Source: an uncultured Verrucomicrobiota bacterium
GTDB lineage: Bacteria > Verrucomicrobiota > Kiritimatiellia > PWTM01
Reading direction: 5' to 3'
DNA length: 64,000 nt
NCBI GenBank assembly: GCA_964402695.1
Contig: CAYODK010000003.1
Location: 22,697-86,696 of the forward strand
In this document: positions 16,768-25,031 of the stretch, one piece after another
Numbering within the stretch: the first letter of the stretch is position 1
How the letters are laid out: every line of letters begins with the position of its first letter
The notes under the pieces: generated by a model
What the model was told of the DNA's origin: nothing
The model's database searches: none
Seen by the model: only the letters and a program-made list of their open reading frames with translations
Translations under genes and position numbers: made by a program

Positions 16768-19203
16768 ATGACGCGACGGATGGCGGCGGCAGTAGGTCTG
16801 GCGGCCGGGCTCGGGGCGGCGGCGGGCGCGGCGGAGCCCGTGTGTGTGTCGGGCACCTACCCGCACCTGGCGATGTTCAACAACGAGGGCGAGTGCGGCA
16901 CCGGCGCCGTCGTGCCGTGGGCCGACCGGCTCTGGGTCATCACCTACGGACCGCACCTGCCGAACGGGTCGTCGGACAAGCTCTACGAGATCACGCCCGC
17001 CCTCGATCAGATCATCCGTCCCGAGAGCCTCGGCGGCACGCCGGCCAACCGGATGATCCACCGCGAGTCGAACCAGCTCGTCATCGGCCCCTACTTCATC
17101 GACGCGCAGCGCACCGTCCGCGCGATCCCCTACACGAGGATGCCCGGCCGCCACACCGGCAACGCGCGGCACCTGGCCGACCCCGCCGGCAAGGTCTTCT
17201 TCGCGACGATGGAGGAGGGCCTCTACGAGGTCGACGTGAAGACGCTGGAGGTCCGCGGCCTGATCCGCGACGGCAACTTCAAGAAGCCGCTTCCGGGCGA
17301 GACGAACCCCGCGACGATCGACTCCCAGCTTCCGGGCTACCACGGCAAGGGCTTCTATTCCGGCCAGGGGCGGCTCGTCTACGCCAACAACGGCGAGCGC
17401 GGCAACGTCCACGACCCCACGATCCCCAGCGGCGCGCTGGCCGAATGGACCGGCGAGGGCGACTGGCGTCTCGTCCGCCGCAACCAGTTCACCGAGGTCA
17501 CCGGCCCCGGCGGCATCGAGGGCAACCCGAATCCCGCGACCGACCCGCTGTGGAGCGTCGGCTGGGACCACCGGTCGCTCATCCTGATGCTGCTCGACCG
17601 CGGCGCGTGGCACGCCTACCGTCTGCCGAAGGCGAGCCACTGCTACGACGGCTCCCACGGCTGGAACACCGAGTGGCCGCGCATCCGCGACATCGGCGGG
17701 GCCGACCTGCTGATGACCATGCACGGCACGTTCTGGCGCTTCCCGAAGGCCTTCGCAGCCGCAACGTCGGCCGGCATCGCCCCGCGCTCGACGTATCTGA
17801 AGGTCGTCGGCGATTTCTGCCGCTGGAACGACCGGGTCGTGCTCGGCTGCGACGACAGCGCCAAGAGCGAGTTCCTCAACAAGCGGAAGCTCAAGGGCGG
17901 CATCGGCGGGCCGGGGCAGTCGCAGTCGAACCTGCGGTTCCTCGACCCGGCCGACCTCGACCGCATGGGCCCCGCCCTCGGCCGCGGCGCGGTCTGGCTG
18001 GCCGACGCCGTGAAGGCGGACGAGCCGTCCGACCCGTTCCTCTTCGCCGGCTTCCCTCACCGCTCGCTGCACCTCGCGCACGACGGCGCGGAGGCTGTGA
18101 CGTTCACCCTCGAGGTTGACGCGAAGGGCGACGGCACCTGGACGAAGCTGAGGACCGTTCCGGTGCCGGCGCACGGCAGCGCGTGGACCGCCTTTGGCGC
18201 CGGCGAGGCCGGCGCGTGGATCCGCGTCCGCGCCGACCGCGACTGCGCGAAGGCGACCGCGTTCTTCCACCTGCGCGGCGACGATCCGCGCCCGGCGAAG
18301 GCCGACCCGATGTTCGACGGCATCGCGAGGCCCGGCGACGCGAAGGTTCTCGGCGGCCTCCTCTACGCCCGCGGCGGCGGCATCAAGACCCTGCGCATGG
18401 CCGCGGGTGGCGGCGGCGACACGTGCTTCGACCTCGACGCGGGGCTGAAGCTGGTTGCGACGAATGACGCGACCGGCGCGGCCTACACACGCAAGAACTA
18501 CGCGATTCCGGCCGATGTCGTCACGATCGACGAGGCCTCCGTGCTGATCGTCGATGAGAAGGGCCGCCGCTGGCGGCTGCCCAAGGGCGATCCCGCGTTC
18601 GACGCGCCCGGCCCGCTCGGCGCCGAGCGCGTGTGCCGCGAGGTCTGCACCGAACGCGACCTGCTCAACGTCGGCGGCGCCTTCTACGAGCTGCCCGCCG
18701 AGAACGCCGGCGGCCTGATCAAGGTCCGCCCGGTCGCGACCCACAACCGGCGCATTCTGGACTACACGTCCTACCGCGGCCTGCTCGTCATCAGCGGCGT
18801 CGCGGCCGACGCCCCGGCCGGCCCGCACATCGTCCGCAGCGACGACGGCGCGGCGGCGCTGTGGGTCGGCTCGGTCGACGACCTCTGGAAGCTCGGCAAG
18901 CCGCGCGGACGTGGCGGGCCTTGGAAGGACACGGCGGTCGAGGCCGGCGCGCCCAGCGACGCCTATCTCATGACCGGCTTCGACCGGCGGTCCGTCGAGT
19001 TCACCCACGACGCCGGCGGCCCCGTCACGATGCGCATCGAGGCCGATGTCACCGGCACCGGCGCGTGGACCGACCACGCCTCGGTCGAGGTCCCGAAGGG
19101 CGCGACCGTCCGCCACAAGTTCCCCGCCGCCTTCGGCGCCTACTGGGTCCGCGTCACCGCCTCCAAGCCCTGCCGCGCGACGGCGGCGTTCGCCTACGAA
19201 TAG
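16768..19203 (+). CDS. secreted hypothetical protein with duplicated C-terminal ~130-aa domains
   Basis: 811 aa. Signal MTRRMAAAVGLAAGLGAAAGAAEP. Internal duplication (DPFLFAGFPHRSLHLAHDGAEAVTFTLEVDAKGDGTWTKL...CAKATAFFHL vs DAYLMTGFDRRSVEFTHDAGGPVTMRIEADVTGTGAWTDH...CRATAAFAYE). Confidence 0.6.
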   Translation: MTRRMAAAVGLAAGLGAAAGAAEPVCVSGTYPHLAMFNNEGECGTGAVVPWADRLWVITYGPHLPNGSSDKLYEITPALDQIIRPESLGGTPANRMIHRESNQLVIGPYFIDAQRTVRAIPYTRMPGRHTGNARHLADPAGKVFFATMEEGLYEVDVKTLEVRGLIRDGNFKKPLPGETNPATIDSQLPGYHGKGFYSGQGRLVYANNGERGNVHDPTIPSGALAEWTGEGDWRLVRRNQFTEVTGPGGIEGNPNPATDPLWSVGWDHRSLILMLLDRGAWHAYRLPKASHCYDGSHGWNTEWPRIRDIGGADLLMTMHGTFWRFPKAFAAATSAGIAPRSTYLKVVGDFCRWNDRVVLGCDDSAKSEFLNKRKLKGGIGGPGQSQSNLRFLDPADLDRMGPALGRGAVWLADAVKADEPSDPFLFAGFPHRSLHLAHDGAEAVTFTLEVDAKGDGTWTKLRTVPVPAHGSAWTAFGAGEAGAWIRVRADRDCAKATAFFHLRGDDPRPAKADPMFDGIARPGDAKVLGGLLYARGGGIKTLRMAAGGGGDTCFDLDAGLKLVATNDATGAAYTRKNYAIPADVVTIDEASVLIVDEKGRRWRLPKGDPAFDAPGPLGAERVCREVCTERDLLNVGGAFYELPAENAGGLIKVRPVATHNRRILDYTSYRGLLVISGVAADAPAGPHIVRSDDGAAALWVGSVDDLWKLGKPRGRGGPWKDTAVEAGAPSDAYLMTGFDRRSVEFTHDAGGPVTMRIEADVTGTGAWTDHASVEVPKGATVRHKFPAAFGAYWVRVTASKPCRATAAFAYE

Positions 19204-19305
19204 GGGGAATCAACAACGGCCTGCGTTACGGCGCGCCTCACTGCGGCCGAATGGAGGGAGCGACGACGTGAAGCGTCTGCGACGCGAAACAAGTCGGGGG
19301 CCGCG

Positions 19306-20175
19306 ATGAACCACTCTACCGAGCGCACGCTGGCCGCCCGCGCAACGGCGCTGGGCAACGGGGCGGATGGGGGCGCCTTCGCGGAACTTGCGGAATGCCT
19401 CCGCAGTGAATCCCCGCTCGTGCGCAGGCTGGCCGCCTCGGCGCTCGGCAAACTGGCGGGGCTGGTTCCGGCGGACGCCGCGGTGCAGGCGCTTCTTCCC
19501 CTGCTTTCGGACCCGCACCCGCAGGTTCGGCAGTACGCCGCGAAGGCCCTCGGAGCCTTCGGCGCCCACGCGGCGCCCGCGCTCCCGGACCTGCGCGACC
19601 TGTATCGGAACCCGGCCGAACTGGACTATGTGAAACGAAGCGTGCTTGCCGCAGGGAAGACCATCCGCGCCGCCATGGATCTGGCGGCGGCCAAGACCGT
19701 CCACCGGTGCCGTAGATGCAGTGTCGAGGTCTCGGCCGACGAGTTCGCGCGATCCCGCATGGCCTTCCAACGGGTCTTCTGCGATCACTGCTTCGACGAG
19801 GTCTTCCTCGACCGCCGGAACTTCGAGACCAAGGTCGAGTTGCAGAAGACGATCCGCGCCCGCGACGGCACCCTCGTGCAATCCGATGGCGAACGCCGCG
19901 TCGCGGAATGGCTTTCGGCCCACGGCATCGCCTATCGCTACGACGAGCGCTTCCGCATTCTTGACGGGTACGCCATCCGTCCCGACTTCTACCTGCCCGA
20001 ACACGATGTCTACATCGAATACTGGGGTCTGGACACCGCCGACTACAAGATCGGCATGCTCAAGAAACAGCAACTCTACCAGCAACAGGGCAAGCGCCTG
20101 ATTTCGCTGCACTGGCAGCACAAGGCGACCCTGGAGGCGGATCTGGAGGCCAAGATGAAAGAGATTCGGCGATGA
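19306..20175 (+). CDS. HEAT-repeat / zinc-ribbon protein with C-terminal PD-(D/E)xK- or NERD-like domain (hypothetical)
   Basis: HEAT-like SPLVRRLAASALGKL, DPHPQVRQYAAKALGAFG. CRRCS...CDHC zinc-ribbon. RVAEWLSAHGIAYRYDERFRILDGYAIRPDFYLPEHDVYIEYWG. Stop overlaps the next start. Confidence 0.5.
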   Translation: MNHSTERTLAARATALGNGADGGAFAELAECLRSESPLVRRLAASALGKLAGLVPADAAVQALLPLLSDPHPQVRQYAAKALGAFGAHAAPALPDLRDLYRNPAELDYVKRSVLAAGKTIRAAMDLAAAKTVHRCRRCSVEVSADEFARSRMAFQRVFCDHCFDEVFLDRRNFETKVELQKTIRARDGTLVQSDGERRVAEWLSAHGIAYRYDERFRILDGYAIRPDFYLPEHDVYIEYWGLDTADYKIGMLKKQQLYQQQGKRLISLHWQHKATLEADLEAKMKEIRR

Positions 20176-22604
20176 AACCCTGCATTTCGGTTCCGATCCT
20201 GTTCGCGCTTCTGGCCGGGTGCGCCACGCCCGTCGCGCCGCCGGCGCCGAAGCGGACGGAGGCGCCGCCGTGCGTGGTGGTCGCGAAGGCGGAGTGGCAG
20301 CCGATGAAGGGCTCGCCGACATCCGAGGTCGTGCGCGCCGACGGGCGCGAGGTCGTGCGGCTGGGTTGCACGTTCGCCGGGACGACGATCGAGCGCGTGT
20401 CGTGGGATGTGCCGGTGAAACTCGACCTGACTGCGGCGCGGGGGCTGCGGTTCGAGGTCCGGTGCGACGACCTCGCGCCGGTCTCGCACTTCTCGCTCTA
20501 CCTGCGCAGCGGCAAGGGCTGGTACAGCACCACGTTCCATCCCGAGTCGACGGGACGGTGGGAGGCCGTCGCGATCGAGCGCGACGGCGCGCGCAAGGAG
20601 GGCGAGCCCGCCGGCTGGGGCGCCATCGACATGCTTCGCTTCTCCGCATGGCGCGCGAAGGACGCCGACACGTCGTTCTGCCTCGGCGACATCCGGCCGG
20701 ACGGCGTGCCGGGCGGCGACACGCTCGTCGCGGTCCTGCGCGCCGACTCCGTCGCGAAGACCGACGAGGGCGAGGCGAAGTCCGTCGCGCAGTTCACCGA
20801 CGGCATGGTCGCGGCCTTTCGCGAGGCCGGGGCCGGGTGCACGGTGGTGAGTGATCTCGACATTGCCGCGGAGCGGCTCGCGCCGTTCCACCTCGTGGTG
20901 CTGCCCTACAACCCGAAGCTCCCGGACGGCGCCGAGGATGAGCTTGCCCGGTTCGCCGCCCGCGGCGGGAAGCTGATGGCGTTCTACACCGTCCCGGCGA
21001 AGCTGCGTCCGCTGCTCGGCATCGACGGCGGCGCACACGTGAAGGCGGCGCGCGACGGCCAGTTCGCGGCGATCCGCACGGTCCGTGGCGCACTGGCCGG
21101 CGCCCCGAAGACGACCGGCCAGAAGTCCTGGAACATCCACTCGTTCACGCCCGTCGCCGGCGCGGGCCGCGTCGTGGCCGAATGGCTCGACGACCGCGGC
21201 CAGCCGGCCGGGCATGCCGCGATCCTCGGCTCGACGAACGGCCTTGTGATGTCGCACGTGCTGCTGCCGGACGATCCCGCGAACAAGCGGCGCCTGCTGC
21301 TGGCGATGGCCGGAAGCCTCGCGCCGAAGGTCTGGCGGCAGATCGCGGAGACGGCGATCGCCGGCGTGGGCGACGAACTGGGCTACGACACGTTCGAGAA
21401 GGCGGTCGAGGGCATCCGGTCCTTCGGCGGCGCCGACTGGCGGGGGCGGTGGACGCTCCACGCGGCGCGGTCGCAGTATGCCTCCGCGTTGCGCTCGCTT
21501 TCGCGCGGGCGGTTCGCCGACGCCACCGACCGCGCCGCGCAGGCGGACCGGCGGATCGTCGACGCCTTCTGCGCGGCGCAGCCGCGGACGCCGCTCAAGT
21601 TCCGGGCGTTCTGGTGTCATGACGCGTACGGCGTGGCGGGGATCCCGTGGGATGAGGCCGTCCGCCGCCTGAAGGCGAACGGCTTCACCGCGATCGTCCC
21701 CAACATGCTCTGGGGCGGCTCGGCGTTCTTTCCGAGCGACGTGCTCCCGGTGGCCGCGAAGGTCGCCGAGCGTGGCGATGCGGTGGCCGAGTGCCTGGCC
21801 GCCTGCCGGAAGCACGGGATCGAGATGCACGTGTGGAAGGTGAACTGGAACCTCGGGCACACGGTGCCGAAAGAGTTCACGGAGCGGATGCGCACCGAAG
21901 GGCGCCTCCAGAGGAGCTCAAAGGGTGTCGAGGAGCCGTGGCTGTGTCCGTCGCACCCGGCGAACCGGCAGCTGGAGATCGCCTCGATGGTCGAGGTCGC
22001 GCGGAAGTACCCGGTGGACGGCATCCACTTCGATTACATCCGCTATCCCGGCCACGACCACTGCTTCTGCGACGGCTGCCGCGAGCGCTTCGGAAAGGTT
22101 GCGGGCGCCCCGGTCGCGAGCTGGCCCGCCGACGTGCAGCGCGGCGGGCCTCTGCATGCGAAGTGGCTCGATTGGCGGCGATCCAACATCGACGCGGTCG
22201 TGGAGGCGGTCAGCCGCGAGGCGCGCACGGTGCGGCCGGGGATCAGGATCTCCGCGGCCGTGTTCCGCGAGTGGGCGACGGACCGCGACGGCGTCGGGCA
22301 GGACTGGAAGCTCTGGTGCGACCGGGGCTGGCTCGATTTCGTCTGCCCGATGGACTACACGCCCAGCAACCGGCGCTTCGAGGGCATGGTGTCGCGGCAG
22401 GTCGAATGGGCCGGGAAGGTGCCGTGCTATCCGGGGATCGGCGTCAGCGCGTCGTCGTCCCGCTTCGGCGCCCCGCGCGCGATCGAGCAGATCCGCATCG
22501 CGGAGCGGTACGACACCGGCGGGTTCATCCTCTTCAACTACGGGGCGAAGGAGAGCTCGGTCCTGCTCCCCCGCCTCGGCCGCGGAATCACGCGGCCGGA
22601 GTAG
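20172..22604 (+). CDS. lipoprotein with glycoside-hydrolase-like (GHL10/DUF4015-type, tentative) C-terminal TIM-barrel domain
   Basis: Lipobox LLAGC. 810 aa. HVWKVNWNLGH, DGIHFDYIRYPG, CPMDYT motifs. Confidence 0.55.
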   Translation: MKPCISVPILFALLAGCATPVAPPAPKRTEAPPCVVVAKAEWQPMKGSPTSEVVRADGREVVRLGCTFAGTTIERVSWDVPVKLDLTAARGLRFEVRCDDLAPVSHFSLYLRSGKGWYSTTFHPESTGRWEAVAIERDGARKEGEPAGWGAIDMLRFSAWRAKDADTSFCLGDIRPDGVPGGDTLVAVLRADSVAKTDEGEAKSVAQFTDGMVAAFREAGAGCTVVSDLDIAAERLAPFHLVVLPYNPKLPDGAEDELARFAARGGKLMAFYTVPAKLRPLLGIDGGAHVKAARDGQFAAIRTVRGALAGAPKTTGQKSWNIHSFTPVAGAGRVVAEWLDDRGQPAGHAAILGSTNGLVMSHVLLPDDPANKRRLLLAMAGSLAPKVWRQIAETAIAGVGDELGYDTFEKAVEGIRSFGGADWRGRWTLHAARSQYASALRSLSRGRFADATDRAAQADRRIVDAFCAAQPRTPLKFRAFWCHDAYGVAGIPWDEAVRRLKANGFTAIVPNMLWGGSAFFPSDVLPVAAKVAERGDAVAECLAACRKHGIEMHVWKVNWNLGHTVPKEFTERMRTEGRLQRSSKGVEEPWLCPSHPANRQLEIASMVEVARKYPVDGIHFDYIRYPGHDHCFCDGCRERFGKVAGAPVASWPADVQRGGPLHAKWLDWRRSNIDAVVEAVSREARTVRPGIRISAAVFREWATDRDGVGQDWKLWCDRGWLDFVCPMDYTPSNRRFEGMVSRQVEWAGKVPCYPGIGVSASSSRFGAPRAIEQIRIAERYDTGGFILFNYGAKESSVLLPRLGRGITRPE

Positions 22605-22612
22605 TCCGCCGC

Positions 22613-22800
22613 CGATTTCCGGCCCCACCGGGACAAGCCCGGTGGGAGCCAAGAGGGACGGCCGATCGCTCCCACCGGGCTTGTCGAGGTGCGAGTCCGA
22701 AACTCGTACTCTTGCTCCGCTCCCACCGGGCTTGCCCGGTGGGGGGCCGGATGATGAGGCGAAGCGGCGTTTCCACCGGGCTTGTCCCGGTGGGGCGGAA
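22613..22800. repeat. REP cluster: four copies of the palindrome CCCACCGGG-N6-CCCGGTGGG (left flank of the RAYT gene)
   Basis: ccccaccgggacaagcccggtggg, cccaccgggcttgtcgagg (partial), cccaccgggcttgcccggtgggggg, ttccaccgggcttgtcccggtggggcgg read directly. Confidence 0.8.
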
Positions 22801-22818
22801 AACGAAGGGGGGCGATGC

Positions 22819-23598
22819 GTGCGGTACACGGGCGTGAACGTGCACATCCCGCACAAGCTCCTTCTCGACTGGACCGGCTGGCTCTCCGACGGCGCCTCCT
22901 TCCCTCCCGCCACGGCCGCGGCCATCGAATCCGCCGCGCCCGCCTGGGCCTCCGACGGCCTCACCCTCGACACCTTCCGCATCGCGGGCGACCTCGTGCA
23001 GATCCTCTTCGCAACGACGCCCGACGTGAGTCCGGTCCTTCTCGCCGCCCGCGCGAAGGGCCGTCTCCAGCACGCGCTTCGCGCCGCGGGTGCGCCGGTC
23101 GCGTTCAGCCGCAAGGTGTCCGTCCGCTCCGTCGGGGAGAACACGAGGGCGGATGTCGAGGGCTACCTCGCGCGCCAGGTGGAGCGGGGCGAGTTCGCCG
23201 ATCCGCGTTTCCGCGAACGGATGGCGCGATACACGGCGGTGCGCGACGTGACCGACCTGGCCGCGCCGATGGCGGGCGGACACGGGCGGTACTGGTACAA
23301 CCTGCACGTGGTCTTCGTCACCGCGGACCGGTTCCGCTTCGGGGCGGACGATGTCCTTGCGGGGCTCCGCGACGCGGCTGTCGCGGCGGCGGACCAGAAC
23401 GGGCACGGCCTCAAGTCGGTCGCCGTGATGCCGGACCACGTTCACATGGCGCTGCGGGGGGCCATCGCACGATCGCCGCGGGAGATCGGCGTGGGGTTTC
23501 AGAACGCGCTTGCGGATGTCGCCGGGTGCCGCGCGTGGCAGGACGAGTTCTACGCCGGCACGTTCAGCGAGTACGACGTCTCCGCCATCCGCCGCTGA
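22819..23598 (+). CDS. REP-associated tyrosine transposase (RAYT; IS200/IS605 TnpA-like HUH Y1 enzyme)
   Basis: C-terminal ~125 aa carry the Y1 signature: RYWYNLHVVFVT (beta1), SVAVMPDHVHMAL (HUH), REIGVGFQNALADVAG helix, QDEFYAGTF (Tyr). Start uncertain: GTG 22819 just after the REP cluster, or ATG 23221 / 23269. The upstream in-frame ~130 aa look like a degenerate second copy (DLVQILF in place of HVHMAL). Overlapping minus-strand track ORFs are rejected. Confidence 0.7.
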   Translation: MRYTGVNVHIPHKLLLDWTGWLSDGASFPPATAAAIESAAPAWASDGLTLDTFRIAGDLVQILFATTPDVSPVLLAARAKGRLQHALRAAGAPVAFSRKVSVRSVGENTRADVEGYLARQVERGEFADPRFRERMARYTAVRDVTDLAAPMAGGHGRYWYNLHVVFVTADRFRFGADDVLAGLRDAAVAAADQNGHGLKSVAVMPDHVHMALRGAIARSPREIGVGFQNALADVAGCRAWQDEFYAGTFSEYDVSAIRR

Positions 23599-23750
23599 TT
23601 TCCGGCCCCACCGGGACAAGCCCGGTGGGAGCCAGAGATCTCGTACACTCGGCCCGCTCCCACCGGGACGAGCGCGGTGGGAGCCTGAAGAGACGGCCCG
23701 CTCCCACCGGGCTTGTCCCGGTGGGGCGGAAACGGGTGGAGGCGGGGGCC
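23596..23750. repeat. REP cluster, three copies (right flank of RAYT)
   Basis: ccccaccgggacaagcccggtggg, cccaccgggacgagcgcggtggg, cccaccgggcttgtcccggtgggg. Confidence 0.8.
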
Positions 23751-23774
23751 GGGTCGGCGTAGGATCGTTCCGCC

Positions 23775-24926
23775 ATGAACCGCCGCCGATTTCTTGCCGC
23801 TGTCGGCACCACCGCGTTCGCCGCGCGCCTGCCCGCGGGCGCGGGTGCGAAGACGGACCGCTTCTTCACGCTCGCGCAGCGCGGCGGGCGGTGGTGGCTC
23901 GCCGCGCCGGACGGCTCGCCGTTCTTCTCGATCGCGCTCAATCACATCGACCCCTCGCCTCTGCGGATCGAATCCAACGGCGACCTGTGGGCGCGGAAGT
24001 ACGGCAACTCCATGGAGCGCTGGCTGAAGGAGTCCGTCGCGCCCGACCTGCGCGCATGGGGCTTCAACAGCGTCGGCTGGACGCAGGAGGTCGTCACGCG
24101 GGGCCTAACGAACCACCGGCATTCCCGCGCGTTCACGTTCGAGGAGTACCAGTGGCTCGGCCTTCCCTACTGTCACCAGCTTCCGTTCGCCGACTTCCAC
24201 CAGTGGGAGGCCGAGACGCGCCATCCCGACCTTGCCAGCCCCGAGTTCGCCGACTGGTGCGACTACGTCGCGCGCGAGCACTGCGCGCGCATGGCGGACG
24301 ACCCGAAGCTGATCGGCTACTTCTACCTCGACTGCCCGACGTGGATCCACACGCGGCCGGAGAACGAGTGGAAGGGTCCGGTGTTCGACCCGGCGCGGCT
24401 CGCGACCGACGAGGGGCGGCGCGCTCTCTTCGACCTCGCCACGCGCTGGTACCGGATCACGCACGACGCGATCCGCCGCTACGACAAGCGCCACCTGATC
24501 CTCGGCGACCGCTACGAGGCGGCGCGCTCGATCGCGGACGAGGTGATCGAAGCCGCGAAGCCCTTCGTCGACGCCCTCAGCTTCCAGCATTTCGCGAAGC
24601 CCGACGCCGTCGCCGCGAACCTCGACGCATGGCACCGGAAGACCGGCAAGCCCGTGCTCCTCGCGGATCACGCGATCTCCGTCCGCCTGCCCGACGGCGG
24701 CCAGCGCCACGACGGCGCGGGCTACGCGGAGATGCTGCGGCGGTTGCGCGACGTGCCCGGCTGCGTCGGCTACCACCTGTGCGGCGCCTACCTCCGCAAC
24801 GAGACCCGCAAGCGCGCGCTGCGCGACGCCGCCGAGCACCCCGACGAGGAGGCCCTGCGCGCCATCACCGCCGCGAACCGTGAGACCGCGGACTGGATCC
24901 GCGCGGCGGCGGACACGAAACCCTGA
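23775..24926 (+). CDS. Tat-signal secreted protein, putative glycoside hydrolase, family unassigned
   Basis: MNRRRFLAAVGTTAFAARLPAGAGA twin-arginine signal. 383 aa. Confidence 0.5.
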   Translation: MNRRRFLAAVGTTAFAARLPAGAGAKTDRFFTLAQRGGRWWLAAPDGSPFFSIALNHIDPSPLRIESNGDLWARKYGNSMERWLKESVAPDLRAWGFNSVGWTQEVVTRGLTNHRHSRAFTFEEYQWLGLPYCHQLPFADFHQWEAETRHPDLASPEFADWCDYVAREHCARMADDPKLIGYFYLDCPTWIHTRPENEWKGPVFDPARLATDEGRRALFDLATRWYRITHDAIRRYDKRHLILGDRYEAARSIADEVIEAAKPFVDALSFQHFAKPDAVAANLDAWHRKTGKPVLLADHAISVRLPDGGQRHDGAGYAEMLRRLRDVPGCVGYHLCGAYLRNETRKRALRDAAEHPDEEALRAITAANRETADWIRAAADTKP

Positions 24927-24941
24927 TCGGAAGGATGGACC

Positions 24942-25017
24942 GCTGTAGCCGCGACCGGTCGTCGCGGCAGTGGCGTGCTGTGGTGCAAGGCAACCGCGAC
25001 CAGCGGTCGCGGCTACA
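24942..25017. terminator. Bidirectional hairpin between convergent genes (15-bp stem ctgtagccgcgaccg / cggtcgcggctacag)
   Basis: Inverted repeat read directly in the 105-bp gap between a + gene end (24926) and a - gene end (25032). No U-tract. Confidence 0.4.
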
Positions 25018-25031
25018 GACGACGGTTCGGG

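Larger units (their letters stand above)
22613..23750 (+). mobile_element. REPtron-like unit: RAYT gene bracketed by REP clusters
   Basis: Both flanks begin with the same ~45-bp sequence gatttccggccccaccgggacaagcccggtgggagcca (22608 and 23591). Confidence 0.65.

Noticed and set aside
21918-23619. Minus-strand ORFs 21918..23144 and 22588..23619 overlapping the RAYT locus
   Set aside because: Arg/Pro-rich low-complexity translations that run through the REP palindromes. The + strand carries the Y1 transposase motifs.
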